In this document: positions 47,569 through 57,052 of the stretch, piece after piece
Layout of the letters: every line of letters begins with the position of its first letter
How positions within the stretch are numbered: the first letter of the stretch is position 1
IMG/VR virus record: IMGVR_UViG_3300005611_000005
Source of the DNA: an uncultured virus (IMG/VR IMGVR_UViG_3300005611_000005)
Taxonomy: Duplodnaviria > Heunggongvirae > Uroviricota > Caudoviricetes
Length of the DNA: 64,000 nt
Direction: 5' to 3' (one strand)
Program-made: the position numbers and the translations under genes
The notes under the pieces: generated by a model
Seen by the model: the letters and a program-made list of their open reading frames with translations, nothing else
The model's database searches: none
What the model was told of the DNA's origin: nothing

Positions 47569-48033
47569 ATGAGCACGTTTCAATCGACTAAATTATTTGA
47601 CGGATATTCGACATGTTTTCGGCAATGGAAGGCAGTGCGTACGCACTGTAAATATCTACATGGATATGCTGTATCGTTTCGAGTATGGTTTGAAGGTGAA
47701 TTAGATGAACGCAACTGGGTATGGGATTTCGGTGGTATGAAACGATCTAAAACTACCATCTTAGGTATGTCACCAAAAGACTACTTTGCTTGGTTGTTAG
47801 ATCATACAACTATTGTAGCTGAAGACGATCCATACTTGCCACAATTTAAACAAATGGATAAAGATGGCGTAATTCAACTACGAATACTACCAGCAACTGG
47901 CTGTGAGAGATTTGCAGAGTTTTTATTTGAAATAATCAACACATTCCTTAAAGAAGAAACCAATGGTAGAGTAAGAGCTACTAAAGTGGAAGTTTATGAA
48001 CATGAGCGAAACTCGGCTAGTTATACTGAATAA
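47569..48033 (+). CDS. queD: 6-carboxytetrahydropterin synthase
   Basis: HCKYLHGY, WVWDFG, LDH, CERFA and VEVYE motifs; ATG at 47569. Confidence 0.88.
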   Translation: MSTFQSTKLFDGYSTCFRQWKAVRTHCKYLHGYAVSFRVWFEGELDERNWVWDFGGMKRSKTTILGMSPKDYFAWLLDHTTIVAEDDPYLPQFKQMDKDGVIQLRILPATGCERFAEFLFEIINTFLKEETNGRVRATKVEVYEHERNSASYTE

Positions 48034-48043
48034 TAATTACTAT

Positions 48044-48502
48044 ATGAAACCAATTGAACAAGACACTCTTTCAGAAAAGCTACAGGCTTTATCAAAAAAT
48101 ATGATAGACTCTATTAATGAATCTACATACGTATCGCTGTATGAATATTTAGGAGAATCGACTAAAGGATCAGATATAGCTCGGTTAGTTACGGCTACAG
48201 CAGTAAAATTTGGAATTAAAATCAAGCATCGTTTACTTCCAGAACAAAGACGCACTTCAGATTTTAGTTCAGTGCAAATTTATCCTATAGAATTTTTAGA
48301 TATCGTTTTTGAAAGAACATCTGAAACTAATAACATTGCCACGAAATACGACTTAAAAGTTCTTGATCAAAGAATTCTTGAATTGGAAAGGCGAGTTATA
48401 TATTTAGAGTCATGTATGTCTAAAGTTGAATTTAACAAGCAAGAAAATTCATTGACTATCAGTACTCGAAAAATTGATGATTACGATGACTTACCATTTT
48501 AA
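48044..48502 (+). CDS. Hypothetical protein ending in DDLPF
   Basis: YVSLYEYLG...YPIEFL domain, coiled coil and an SSB-like acidic tail. Confidence 0.6.
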   Translation: MKPIEQDTLSEKLQALSKNMIDSINESTYVSLYEYLGESTKGSDIARLVTATAVKFGIKIKHRLLPEQRRTSDFSSVQIYPIEFLDIVFERTSETNNIATKYDLKVLDQRILELERRVIYLESCMSKVEFNKQENSLTISTRKIDDYDDLPF

Positions 48503-48520
48503 TATTAAAAATACAAATAA

Positions 48521-49357
48521 ATGAATACAAATAAATTATTAATCTCCTCTGATTTTTACTCGGTACAAGGAGAGGGGTTTACAACCGGAGTACCTTCATA
48601 CTTCATACGTTTAGCCAATTGCAACTTAACTTGTGGTATGTCTCGCTTATTTACTAATAAGCTAATGAAAGAAAAGACTTTGCAAAATGGCGAAATATTT
48701 GAAGGTGATTTAGTTAAGGAAGGTAAAGCAACTTGGACTTGCGATTCTACATCTCAATGGTTATTCAGGGGTGAACCTAAAGACTTTCAATATATTATTG
48801 ATCGTTGGAAAGAGCAAGGCATCTATGAAGACATTAGATCTGGGTTAATTCATATTATTTGGACTGGCGGTGAACCTACAATTAAAGGTCATCAAAAAGC
48901 TATTGTAGAATTTAGCAATTACTGGAATGCCTATGACTTTCAAAATGAACATCAAGGAGTCGGAGCATATTATGAAATTGAAACTAACGGTACAATTTAC
49001 ATTGACGATGCTTTATTTAATGATTTAGATCAAATCAATTGCTCACCAAAGCTATCTAACTCAGGTATGACTGAGAAACAACGTATTGTTCCTGCTGCTA
49101 TCAAGCGTATTATGGATCATTCAAATTATCAATTTAAGTTTGTCATTTCAAATGAAGAAGACATTGAAGAAATGTTCAGAGACTTTATTAATCCATTTAA
49201 CATACCATTACAACGAGTATGCTGTATGCCAGGAATGGATGAACAAGATCAATTCCATGAAAGAACTCAGTGGGTACTTGAAATGGCAAAGAAATATAAA
49301 TTTGTAGGATTAACTCGATTGCACATTTCTGCTTGGGATAAAACTTTAGATGTATAA
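48521..49357 (+). CDS. queE: 7-carboxy-7-deazaguanine synthase (radical SAM)
   Basis: FYSVQGEG, FIRLANCNLTC...CDS, TGGEP, IETNG, SPKL, KFV and RLH motifs. Confidence 0.9.
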   Translation: MNTNKLLISSDFYSVQGEGFTTGVPSYFIRLANCNLTCGMSRLFTNKLMKEKTLQNGEIFEGDLVKEGKATWTCDSTSQWLFRGEPKDFQYIIDRWKEQGIYEDIRSGLIHIIWTGGEPTIKGHQKAIVEFSNYWNAYDFQNEHQGVGAYYEIETNGTIYIDDALFNDLDQINCSPKLSNSGMTEKQRIVPAAIKRIMDHSNYQFKFVISNEEDIEEMFRDFINPFNIPLQRVCCMPGMDEQDQFHERTQWVLEMAKKYKFVGLTRLHISAWDKTLDV

Positions 49358-49376
49358 ACAATTAAATCAATAAATT

Positions 49377-49691
49377 ATGAAACAATTCAAACCAATTGGT
49401 GATAGAGTTCTTGTACAAGAATTTGAAGTAGAACAAGATAAAAAAACTGCAAGTGGTATTATTATTCCATCAACCGCTGCTGCAGAAGACATTAAAATGG
49501 GAAAGGTAGTTGCTGTCGGACCTGGATTATATACTCAAAATGGAGTATTGATTCCAATGACAGTTACGGTTGGTGATGAAGTAGCACTGCCTCCATATTC
49601 ACAAGCTCAGGAAGTAAAAGTAGGCGATGAAACGTATACTTTATACAGAGAATCAGAGCTGTTAGGAACTTTTTACGAAACAAACGATTAA
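49377..49691 (+). CDS. groES: Co-chaperonin GroES
   Basis: KPIGDRVLV, TASGIIIP, GKVVAVGPG, VGDEV and RESELLG motifs. Confidence 0.93.
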   Translation: MKQFKPIGDRVLVQEFEVEQDKKTASGIIIPSTAAAEDIKMGKVVAVGPGLYTQNGVLIPMTVTVGDEVALPPYSQAQEVKVGDETYTLYRESELLGTFYETND

Positions 49692-49694
49692 TAT

Positions 49695-50327
49695 ATGAAT
49701 AAAATTTTAGAATTTGCAAATAGGTCTATTCCTAGAACTGCAGAAGAAAAAAAGCAAATGATTGAAGAAGCTGCTATACATTATGGCCATTACATGACTG
49801 CTTTAGGAATTGATTGGAAAAATGATCCAAATTCTTCAGATACTCCAATACGAGTAGCCAAAGCTTTTGTAAATGATTTAGCTGAAGGTTGTTATTCAGA
49901 ACCTCCGAAAATTACTGCATTTGACAATTTAGACAATTACGATGGCGTTGTATTTCAAGGTAACATTGATATGAAGTCTTTTTGTTCACATCATCACTTG
50001 CCGTTTATTGGAAAAGCACATGTAGCTTACATTCCGTCGAAAAATGGTAAAGTTATTGGATTATCTAAATTGAATCGCATTGTAGAGTATTTTGCACGAA
50101 GACCTCAGGTTCAAGAAAATTTAACTACTCAAATACATAACTACATCAATGAAGTTTGTATTGCAAATCAAGGTGTTGCTGTTATGGTAGAAGCCAATCA
50201 CATGTGTGCATGTGTTCGTGGCGTGAAGCACGATTCTACTATGATGACTTCGAAAATGTCAGGAGCATTTATGAACGATCCTGCAGCTAGAAATGAATTT
50301 TATCGATTTGTAGATAAATTAAAATAA
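49695..50327 (+). CDS. folE: GTP cyclohydrolase I
   Basis: [31 protein letters not shown] and HMCACVRG motifs. Confidence 0.95.
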   Translation: MNKILEFANRSIPRTAEEKKQMIEEAAIHYGHYMTALGIDWKNDPNSSDTPIRVAKAFVNDLAEGCYSEPPKITAFDNLDNYDGVVFQGNIDMKSFCSHHHLPFIGKAHVAYIPSKNGKVIGLSKLNRIVEYFARRPQVQENLTTQIHNYINEVCIANQGVAVMVEANHMCACVRGVKHDSTMMTSKMSGAFMNDPAARNEFYRFVDKLK

Positions 50328-50328
50328 T

Positions 50329-51726
50329 ATGTCTAAGAGAATAGCATTTCTAATAAATCGAATGAACTTCCGCCCTTCATCAGGGCACGGGATATTTATG
50401 AAAGGTGCGGTTGAGACGTTATTAAAACATGGTCATTTTATTGATATTGTATGCGATGGAGAACCTGAAGAAAATTTTTTGTCAGAGCATTCAATAAATG
50501 TATATTCTCCAAATGTAAAAGATCGATTAGGTTATACAAAACATAATTATCTGTTTCAATTTGAAGATTCATTTAACTATGAAAAGGCAATTAATTTTCG
50601 CGCAGCATTAACAAAAGCCCTTTCAAATCATTTGTACGATTTAATTATTTGCAATGATTTAGAATCTGCATTTGTATGTTATCAAATGGGACTTTCAGAT
50701 TTAATGAAAGTTACTTCTTACGCACATGAATGCGCTTCAATCAATCCTGAACTTAAATCAGGTGTATTCAAACCTGTATATTACAATTTGATTGAAAAAC
50801 AAATGACATGGCCAGAATTAACGACCTTAGTTCAAACGAGTCAAAACAAAGAAAAGTTAGAGACTGTTATTGGCTCTGATCATAATTTGCGAGTTCAGTT
50901 ATATCCATTGACAGATTCTCAAAATTTACATATTTCAGATCGAGAAGGCATTTTGTATATTGGCAGACATGAAGATCGTAAAAATCCTTCAGAATTTATT
51001 AAACTGTTAGCTGATATCAAATCAAAATATGGTGTTGAAGTCAAAGCTAATGTGTTAACTAGATCCGCGCATGTACAAAAATTCGAAGCCGATTTTCAAT
51101 CAATTGGTCATACTAATTACGAAATTAAATCTGATGTTGTTGGAGAAGAAAAAGCTCGCATTATACAATCTTCTAAAGTTGCATTCATGCCGTATAAGAA
51201 TGAATCTTTTGGTATTGCAGTATTAGAAGCGTTGCGATTCATGCCTACAATCGTTTTGAAAAAATTCGATTGGCATTACAATTTTCGTTCATTTAGCAAT
51301 TACATTGTAGCTGATTCAAAGGAAGTAACAGATGTCGTTTGGAATGCATACAATTCATTTGAAATAGATGAAAATAAAGTCGAAGCAGAATTTGCAGAAT
51401 ATAATGCACAATATGAGTCTGCATTGTTAGGATTGTTAGAAGATTTACCTACAGTAATTTCTGAAGCAGAACCTCGAAATCGACTTTACAAACATCTTAA
51501 AAGTTGTCAAGGAAAATGGGTTTCATTAACCAACTATTTTTCTACTTACAATGATAAAGGTGTAATATATTTGACCAGTGATATTGAAACCATGTACGTG
51601 ATTAGAAATTGGTGTACGGTAATGCATACCAATCAAGAAACGTTTCTTGGCATTCCTGACGAATCAGGAAATTTAGTTTTAGAAAATGCGAATGTTGAGC
51701 ATTCGGTTTCTTTGTTTTTTGAATAA
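50329..51726 (+). CDS. GT-B glycosyltransferase (GT4-like)
   Basis: SSGHG, YIGRHEDRKN and ESFGIAVLEA motifs; ends SLFFE. Confidence 0.8.
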   Translation: MSKRIAFLINRMNFRPSSGHGIFMKGAVETLLKHGHFIDIVCDGEPEENFLSEHSINVYSPNVKDRLGYTKHNYLFQFEDSFNYEKAINFRAALTKALSNHLYDLIICNDLESAFVCYQMGLSDLMKVTSYAHECASINPELKSGVFKPVYYNLIEKQMTWPELTTLVQTSQNKEKLETVIGSDHNLRVQLYPLTDSQNLHISDREGILYIGRHEDRKNPSEFIKLLADIKSKYGVEVKANVLTRSAHVQKFEADFQSIGHTNYEIKSDVVGEEKARIIQSSKVAFMPYKNESFGIAVLEALRFMPTIVLKKFDWHYNFRSFSNYIVADSKEVTDVVWNAYNSFEIDENKVEAEFAEYNAQYESALLGLLEDLPTVISEAEPRNRLYKHLKSCQGKWVSLTNYFSTYNDKGVIYLTSDIETMYVIRNWCTVMHTNQETFLGIPDESGNLVLENANVEHSVSLFFE

Positions 51727-51759
51727 ATTTTCATATATTAAATCAAAATAAAATAGTTT

Positions 51760-52773
51760 ATGAGCAAAATAATTTACATTCCTTTAGAGGAACTTGAGGC
51801 TAGATATACTGGCATGATGAACGATGCAATTCGCCCATGGGTAGAAGTTGAATTGTATCCTGAAATTGAAATTGATACTCAAATTAAACGAGGTCAATTT
51901 TTAGATATCGTTAACACTTGCAAATTTAAGTCAGCACAGCTTCAAATGATTGCTGAAATGTTTGACAATGGCGATGTAAAAAATGGTGATGTATTTTTAG
52001 TAGGTGATATATTCTTTCCAGGTATTGAATCTATTAAATATATGGCCGAATTGCAAAATATTAATGTAAGCGTATATGGCATAAATTATGCTGGACGAGC
52101 TGATGAAACAGATTTTGTACAACAATTGTCTAGTTGGGCTGATGCGTCTGAATTAGGATATCATTTGATTTGCGATGGAATTTTTGTTGGCAGTCGCGAT
52201 CACAAGTCAAATGTAGTTAGTTATTTCGGATTGAATTCTGAAACAGTACACGTGACTGGACTTATCTGGGACGTAAATTATGTAAATGAGTTCAAGCGCG
52301 AAATTGGAGAAGTAACCAAAGAAGATTTTATTATTTGGCCACATAGATGGACAGAAGAAAAAGGTATTGACGATCTTAAACGATTTGCAAAAATGACTGA
52401 TAAGCGAATTGTCGTAACCAGCTCTGGTCCAGCAAAAGATTTAGGTAAATTGCCTCGTAATATTGAATATCGACCTAATTTAACTAAAAAAGAATATTAT
52501 ACGTTAATGGCTAAAGCTCGTTGGTATTTATCGACTGCATATCAAGAAACTTTCGGATATACTATTCAAGAAGCTATTGTATTTGGATGTAACATTTTAG
52601 TTCCAAATCGAGCATGTTGTCCGGAAATGGTACCAGGCAAATGCGTTTATTATAGTTTGTCTGATGTAGATAAAATGTTCAGTGAGCAAGATTTAACAGT
52701 TCCAATGGAATATACTTTACGGTGGCATGGTAATATTCAATCTATGTTGAACATCATTAGATCTGAAAATTAA
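51760..52773 (+). CDS. GT-B glycosyltransferase
   Basis: WPHRWTEEKG, QETFGYTIQEA and VPNRACCPE motifs. Confidence 0.8.
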   Translation: MSKIIYIPLEELEARYTGMMNDAIRPWVEVELYPEIEIDTQIKRGQFLDIVNTCKFKSAQLQMIAEMFDNGDVKNGDVFLVGDIFFPGIESIKYMAELQNINVSVYGINYAGRADETDFVQQLSSWADASELGYHLICDGIFVGSRDHKSNVVSYFGLNSETVHVTGLIWDVNYVNEFKREIGEVTKEDFIIWPHRWTEEKGIDDLKRFAKMTDKRIVVTSSGPAKDLGKLPRNIEYRPNLTKKEYYTLMAKARWYLSTAYQETFGYTIQEAIVFGCNILVPNRACCPEMVPGKCVYYSLSDVDKMFSEQDLTVPMEYTLRWHGNIQSMLNIIRSEN

Positions 52774-52775
52774 TT

Positions 52776-55346
52776 ATGGCATATCAGAACATTTCATATC
52801 AAAAAAATAAAAATTTAATTCATGTTTGGGACGATAAAAAAGGGCATTTACAATTTCCATTTAAGAAATATGCTTACAAACGAAGTTCAAATGGCCGACA
52901 AGTTGCGTTAGATGGAACTAGAGTTGATAAAGTTACTGAATGGGACGAAGCTGATATTCAGCGCGGATTAATTTACGAATCAGACATTAATCCTGAAACG
53001 AGAACTTTAATTGATTTATATTACGAGTCAGATGACGCTTCTGTAGGTCATAGAGAATTGTTTTTTGACATTGAAGTTTCAACTGAAGGAGGATTTTCTT
53101 CAGCAGAAGAAGCTTGGCAACCTTTAACTTCAATAGCATTTTACGACAAAGCTGGCGATCAAAAAGTTGTAATTATTGTTGATAAAGAACAGCTACTGTC
53201 GAGTCAAAGTAAAGAAGGTGTAATATTAGAATCAGTACAAACAGAATTCGAGCTAATATCGACATTTCTTCGTTATTATTTAGAAATACGACCGACAATA
53301 TTGACGGGCTGGAATATCGATTATTATGACGTTCCATATTTATACAACCGAATTAAGAAGGTAGCGGGTGAGCAATATGCCAATTCGCTATCGCCTATCA
53401 ATGAAGTTTTATATTTAAAACATAGACAGCGATATCGTATACAAGGAGTATCTTGTTTAGATTACATGGCTCTGTATAAACTGTTTACATATTCTGAAGA
53501 AGTTTCATATTCTCTTGAAGCGATTAGTCAGAAAGAGCTAGGACGTGGTAAGGTTCAATATGAAGGCACTTTAGATCATTTGTATAAGACAGATCCAGAA
53601 AAGTTTATTGAATATAACTTAACAGACGTAGAGTTAGTTTCGTCTTTAGATGAAAAACTTAAATTTCTTACGCTGGCTCGAAGTATTTGTCATAAAGGTC
53701 ATGTTCCATATGAAGACGTATATTTTACTACTAGATATTTAGATGGTGCATGTGTTACGTATATGAAACGATTGGGCATTGTAGCCCCTAATCGAAAGCT
53801 TCGAGATTATTCTCAGACTTCAGAAGAAGAAGCCGCTTCAAATGAATTTGCTGGTGCATTTGTAAAAGATCCAATTCCAGGTGTATATGAATGGGTATTC
53901 GACGAAGACTTAGCTTCGCTATATCCTTCAATTATTCGTTCACTTAACATATCTCCTGAAACGAAAATTGGAAGAATTGAAAACTGGGATGATGTAAAAA
54001 ATGATTTTTGGACAGATGGATATTCCAGTACAAAATGTAAACTTAAATCAGGATCAAAACATGAATTAATTCCAGTAATGGAATTTCGTCAATGGCTACT
54101 CGATAACAAGTATACAGTATCCATGATAGGAGTTGTATATGATAATTCTAAACCAGGATTAATTCCTTCTATATTAGAGACGTGGATGAATGAGCGTGAA
54201 GAAAATCGAGCATTGGCAAAGAAATATGGTAAGGAAGGTAATAAGGAATTAGCAGAATTCTTTGATTCTAGACAACATACGAATAAGATTGTTAATAACT
54301 CTTTATACGGAGCGTTAGGAGCTCCTGGATTTAGATTTCATGATTTAGATAATGCAGAGTCGATTACGCTTTCAGGTCAGGCAGTAACCAAACATGCCAT
54401 GCATAAAGGTAATGAATGGTTTAGTAAACAAACTGGAGTAGAAAAAGATTATGTAATTTACGTTGACACTGACTCTAATTATTATTCAGCTAAACCAATT
54501 ATTGAATTAATGGAGTCGAAACTGAATAAAGAATTAACGTATAACGAAAAAATTGACATAACTTATAAAACGTCTCAAATTGTAGAAAAATACATTAACG
54601 ATTCATGGTCCGCATTTGCTAAACATTATATGAATTCTGATGTACATTTCTTTAATATTAAACAAGAGTATGTAGCTGAATCAGGCCTTTGGATCGCAAA
54701 AAAGAGATACGCTCAGAAAATTATTTCTGAAAAAGGTGTATTAATATCTGAACTAACGAATGGAGCTAAACAATGGAAATTAGATGTGAAAGGAATGGAT
54801 GTAATTCGATCGAACTTTCCAAAAGCTTTTCGAGAGTTTATGTCCGAAATATTAATTGATATTCTAAATGTAGCAGATAAAAGTGTTGTAGATACTAAAG
54901 TTATTAACTTTCGTGAAGATATAAAAACAAAAGAATTGTTAGATATTATGTTCCCAATTGGAGTTAAGGAAGTATCTAAATGGAAAGTTAAAAAGTCGGA
55001 AGGTCAAATATTTGGAAGCAGAATGAAAGGATGTCCAGTTCATGTAAAAAGTGCACTTAACTATAATGATTTAGTTGAATATTACAAGGATAAGTCTGTA
55101 CAGTTAATAAGTGATGGTGAAAAAATTAAATGGACATATCTTAGATCAAATACATATGGATTAGATACTTGCGCACTTAAAGGATTTGAAGATCCGGTAC
55201 AAATTGTACAATTCATTGAAGAGCATATCGATTACGATAAAATCTTTAGTTCAGCTCTAGAAAATAAACTATCTGACTTTTATAATGCATTAGGATGGGG
55301 TACAGTTCCGAAAAATGATAATTTAAGTAACTTTTTTGAATTTTAA
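52776..55346 (+). CDS. Family B DNA polymerase (T4 gp43-like)
   Basis: FDIE, GWNIDYYD, YNLTD exonuclease motifs; DLASLYPS, KIVNNSLYG, YVDTDS and KKRY polymerase motifs. Confidence 0.97.
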   Translation: MAYQNISYQKNKNLIHVWDDKKGHLQFPFKKYAYKRSSNGRQVALDGTRVDKVTEWDEADIQRGLIYESDINPETRTLIDLYYESDDASVGHRELFFDIEVSTEGGFSSAEEAWQPLTSIAFYDKAGDQKVVIIVDKEQLLSSQSKEGVILESVQTEFELISTFLRYYLEIRPTILTGWNIDYYDVPYLYNRIKKVAGEQYANSLSPINEVLYLKHRQRYRIQGVSCLDYMALYKLFTYSEEVSYSLEAISQKELGRGKVQYEGTLDHLYKTDPEKFIEYNLTDVELVSSLDEKLKFLTLARSICHKGHVPYEDVYFTTRYLDGACVTYMKRLGIVAPNRKLRDYSQTSEEEAASNEFAGAFVKDPIPGVYEWVFDEDLASLYPSIIRSLNISPETKIGRIENWDDVKNDFWTDGYSSTKCKLKSGSKHELIPVMEFRQWLLDNKYTVSMIGVVYDNSKPGLIPSILETWMNEREENRALAKKYGKEGNKELAEFFDSRQHTNKIVNNSLYGALGAPGFRFHDLDNAESITLSGQAVTKHAMHKGNEWFSKQTGVEKDYVIYVDTDSNYYSAKPIIELMESKLNKELTYNEKIDITYKTSQIVEKYINDSWSAFAKHYMNSDVHFFNIKQEYVAESGLWIAKKRYAQKIISEKGVLISELTNGAKQWKLDVKGMDVIRSNFPKAFREFMSEILIDILNVADKSVVDTKVINFREDIKTKELLDIMFPIGVKEVSKWKVKKSEGQIFGSRMKGCPVHVKSALNYNDLVEYYKDKSVQLISDGEKIKWTYLRSNTYGLDTCALKGFEDPVQIVQFIEEHIDYDKIFSSALENKLSDFYNALGWGTVPKNDNLSNFFEF

Positions 55347-55348
55347 AT

Positions 55349-55708
55349 ATGAAAACTAAAACTACAATAATTGTTAAGCTGTCTGTAGATGGCATGCACA
55401 ACTTTCCAGCAGCTGCTGAATTATTTCCTGAAGTTGCGTTTCTGGCAGACAGGCATCGACACATGTTTCATTTTACTGTAGCTAAGGAAGTATTTCATGA
55501 TGATCGAGATGTTGAATTTATTATGTTCAAACGAGACATTTTAAATTATTTGTCTGATCAATATTCTGATAACTACCGACGAACATTGGAATTTGGTCCT
55601 AAATCTTGCGAAATGTTAGCGCGCGAAATACTACAACGATTTGATTGTAATTGGGTTGAAGTTTGGGAAGATCAAGAAAATGGCGCGCGTGTAGAAAAAT
55701 TGTCATAA
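55349..55708 (+). CDS. T-fold QueD paralogue, DpdL-like (candidate CDG decarboxylase)
   Basis: LADRHRHMF (LxxxHRHxF), DRDVEFI, SCEMLA and VEVWED..NGA; no QueD catalytic Cys. Confidence 0.7.
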   Translation: MKTKTTIIVKLSVDGMHNFPAAAELFPEVAFLADRHRHMFHFTVAKEVFHDDRDVEFIMFKRDILNYLSDQYSDNYRRTLEFGPKSCEMLAREILQRFDCNWVEVWEDQENGARVEKLS

Positions 55709-55711
55709 ATT

Positions 55712-56758
55712 ATGAAACGAATAGCAGTTGTTACTGATCGATTAATTAGCGACTATGATATGACTTGGCAAGATCATGTTGCGTCGATGATTCATGGTTA
55801 TGTCGATTCACATGACTTAACTACAATGTATCAAATTGATGAATATGATAATATCGAATCGTTGCGAGAAGAAATTCTAACCAAGAAATTTTCTGATGGT
55901 GATAAAGTAATATTTACAAATGCGTGGGCCGGTCAATGTATTTTTGTAAAGCATTGGGCGGAGATAGCAAAAGTTCGTTTAAATCTTATTGGCATGTGGT
56001 CTCGATTCAGCAGTTTAAATGAAGATGCTGAATTTAAATCTAGAATTAATCATGATAATAGTTCCAAGCGCGGAAAATATACTAAACGAGGCTGGAGAAG
56101 CTTTCATGAATATTCTATACATAGAACACTAACAAAAAGTCTTTTCATGAAGCAGGAGCATTTAGATATATTCAGTGAATATATAGCTCGCGAAAGACAA
56201 GTTAAAAAGTTAGTACGTTGTAATTTTCCATTGGAATATTTAGATATTGAATTAACTGGATATTTAGATACATACTACCCTCAACGAACTATATTCTTTC
56301 CTTATTCAGAATATAGTGCATTTCAAGAAAGAATTTTGTATGACATGCTTCGCAGCTTACCTGATATACAAATTGTATTCAGTCGCGAAAAGACTCCATG
56401 GCTCAAGCATCAAAGAGATATGTATCTTACAAAAGCTAAAGTAGCGTATATACCATATTCATCGCCACCTACCGTAGCTAAAGAAATTTACGAATGTCTT
56501 TTGTTAAATACCATACCTCTTGTACCTGATTTCGAAGAATTTGAAAATATACTTCCTAAAGAGTTTCAATATCCAAAAAAATGGACTAAGAATGTATTTA
56601 GCTATTCCGCTCATGGCCATGAGTTTGTGCAAAAGCTAGAAGAATTAGTAGACAATTACGAATCGTATTTAGATTTAATTGAATCTACAAAAGAAACTTT
56701 ACGTAAAAATTATTACAATTCAGATAATTTTATGGAACAAATATTTGATGTTCAGTAA
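55712..56758 (+). CDS. Divergent GT-B glycosyltransferase-like protein (probable paralogue of 51760)
   Basis: DGDKVIFTNAW matches NGDVFLVGDIF; IYECLLLNTIPLVPD matches IQEAIVFGCNILVPN; donor-binding motif looks degenerate. Confidence 0.55.
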   Translation: MKRIAVVTDRLISDYDMTWQDHVASMIHGYVDSHDLTTMYQIDEYDNIESLREEILTKKFSDGDKVIFTNAWAGQCIFVKHWAEIAKVRLNLIGMWSRFSSLNEDAEFKSRINHDNSSKRGKYTKRGWRSFHEYSIHRTLTKSLFMKQEHLDIFSEYIARERQVKKLVRCNFPLEYLDIELTGYLDTYYPQRTIFFPYSEYSAFQERILYDMLRSLPDIQIVFSREKTPWLKHQRDMYLTKAKVAYIPYSSPPTVAKEIYECLLLNTIPLVPDFEEFENILPKEFQYPKKWTKNVFSYSAHGHEFVQKLEELVDNYESYLDLIESTKETLRKNYYNSDNFMEQIFDVQ

Positions 56759-56795
56759 ATTTTTTCATATATTATATAACAATTAAACGAAGATT

Positions 56796-57050
56796 ATGTA
56801 CACTAAAACAAAAAAGATGCTATGCGATGCTATGATAGCAAAGTACACTGCATTAATTAAAGATGCTGAAGCTCGATTGCACATTTACATGCATGCGGCT
56901 GTAGGTATCGGTGAGCATCCACAAATTACTGAAGAAATTGATAATTTAATCGGTCAGTTAGTTGAAGCTCAAGATCGATTGGAAGCAGCTTATAAGCTAC
57001 GTCAAGATGCTGATTACATTGAAACAGATATTAATAATAATACAATTTAA
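56796..57050 (+). CDS. Small conserved-looking phage protein
   Basis: VGIGEHPQITEEID motif; host-type promoter at 56744. Confidence 0.6.
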   Translation: MYTKTKKMLCDAMIAKYTALIKDAEARLHIYMHAAVGIGEHPQITEEIDNLIGQLVEAQDRLEAAYKLRQDADYIETDINNNTI

Positions 57051-57052
57051 TT

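Noticed and set aside
38338..55346. Introns or inteins in uvsX, helicase, nrdJ or polB
   Set aside because: Lengths are normal and catalytic motifs are contiguous; no splicing motifs seen.
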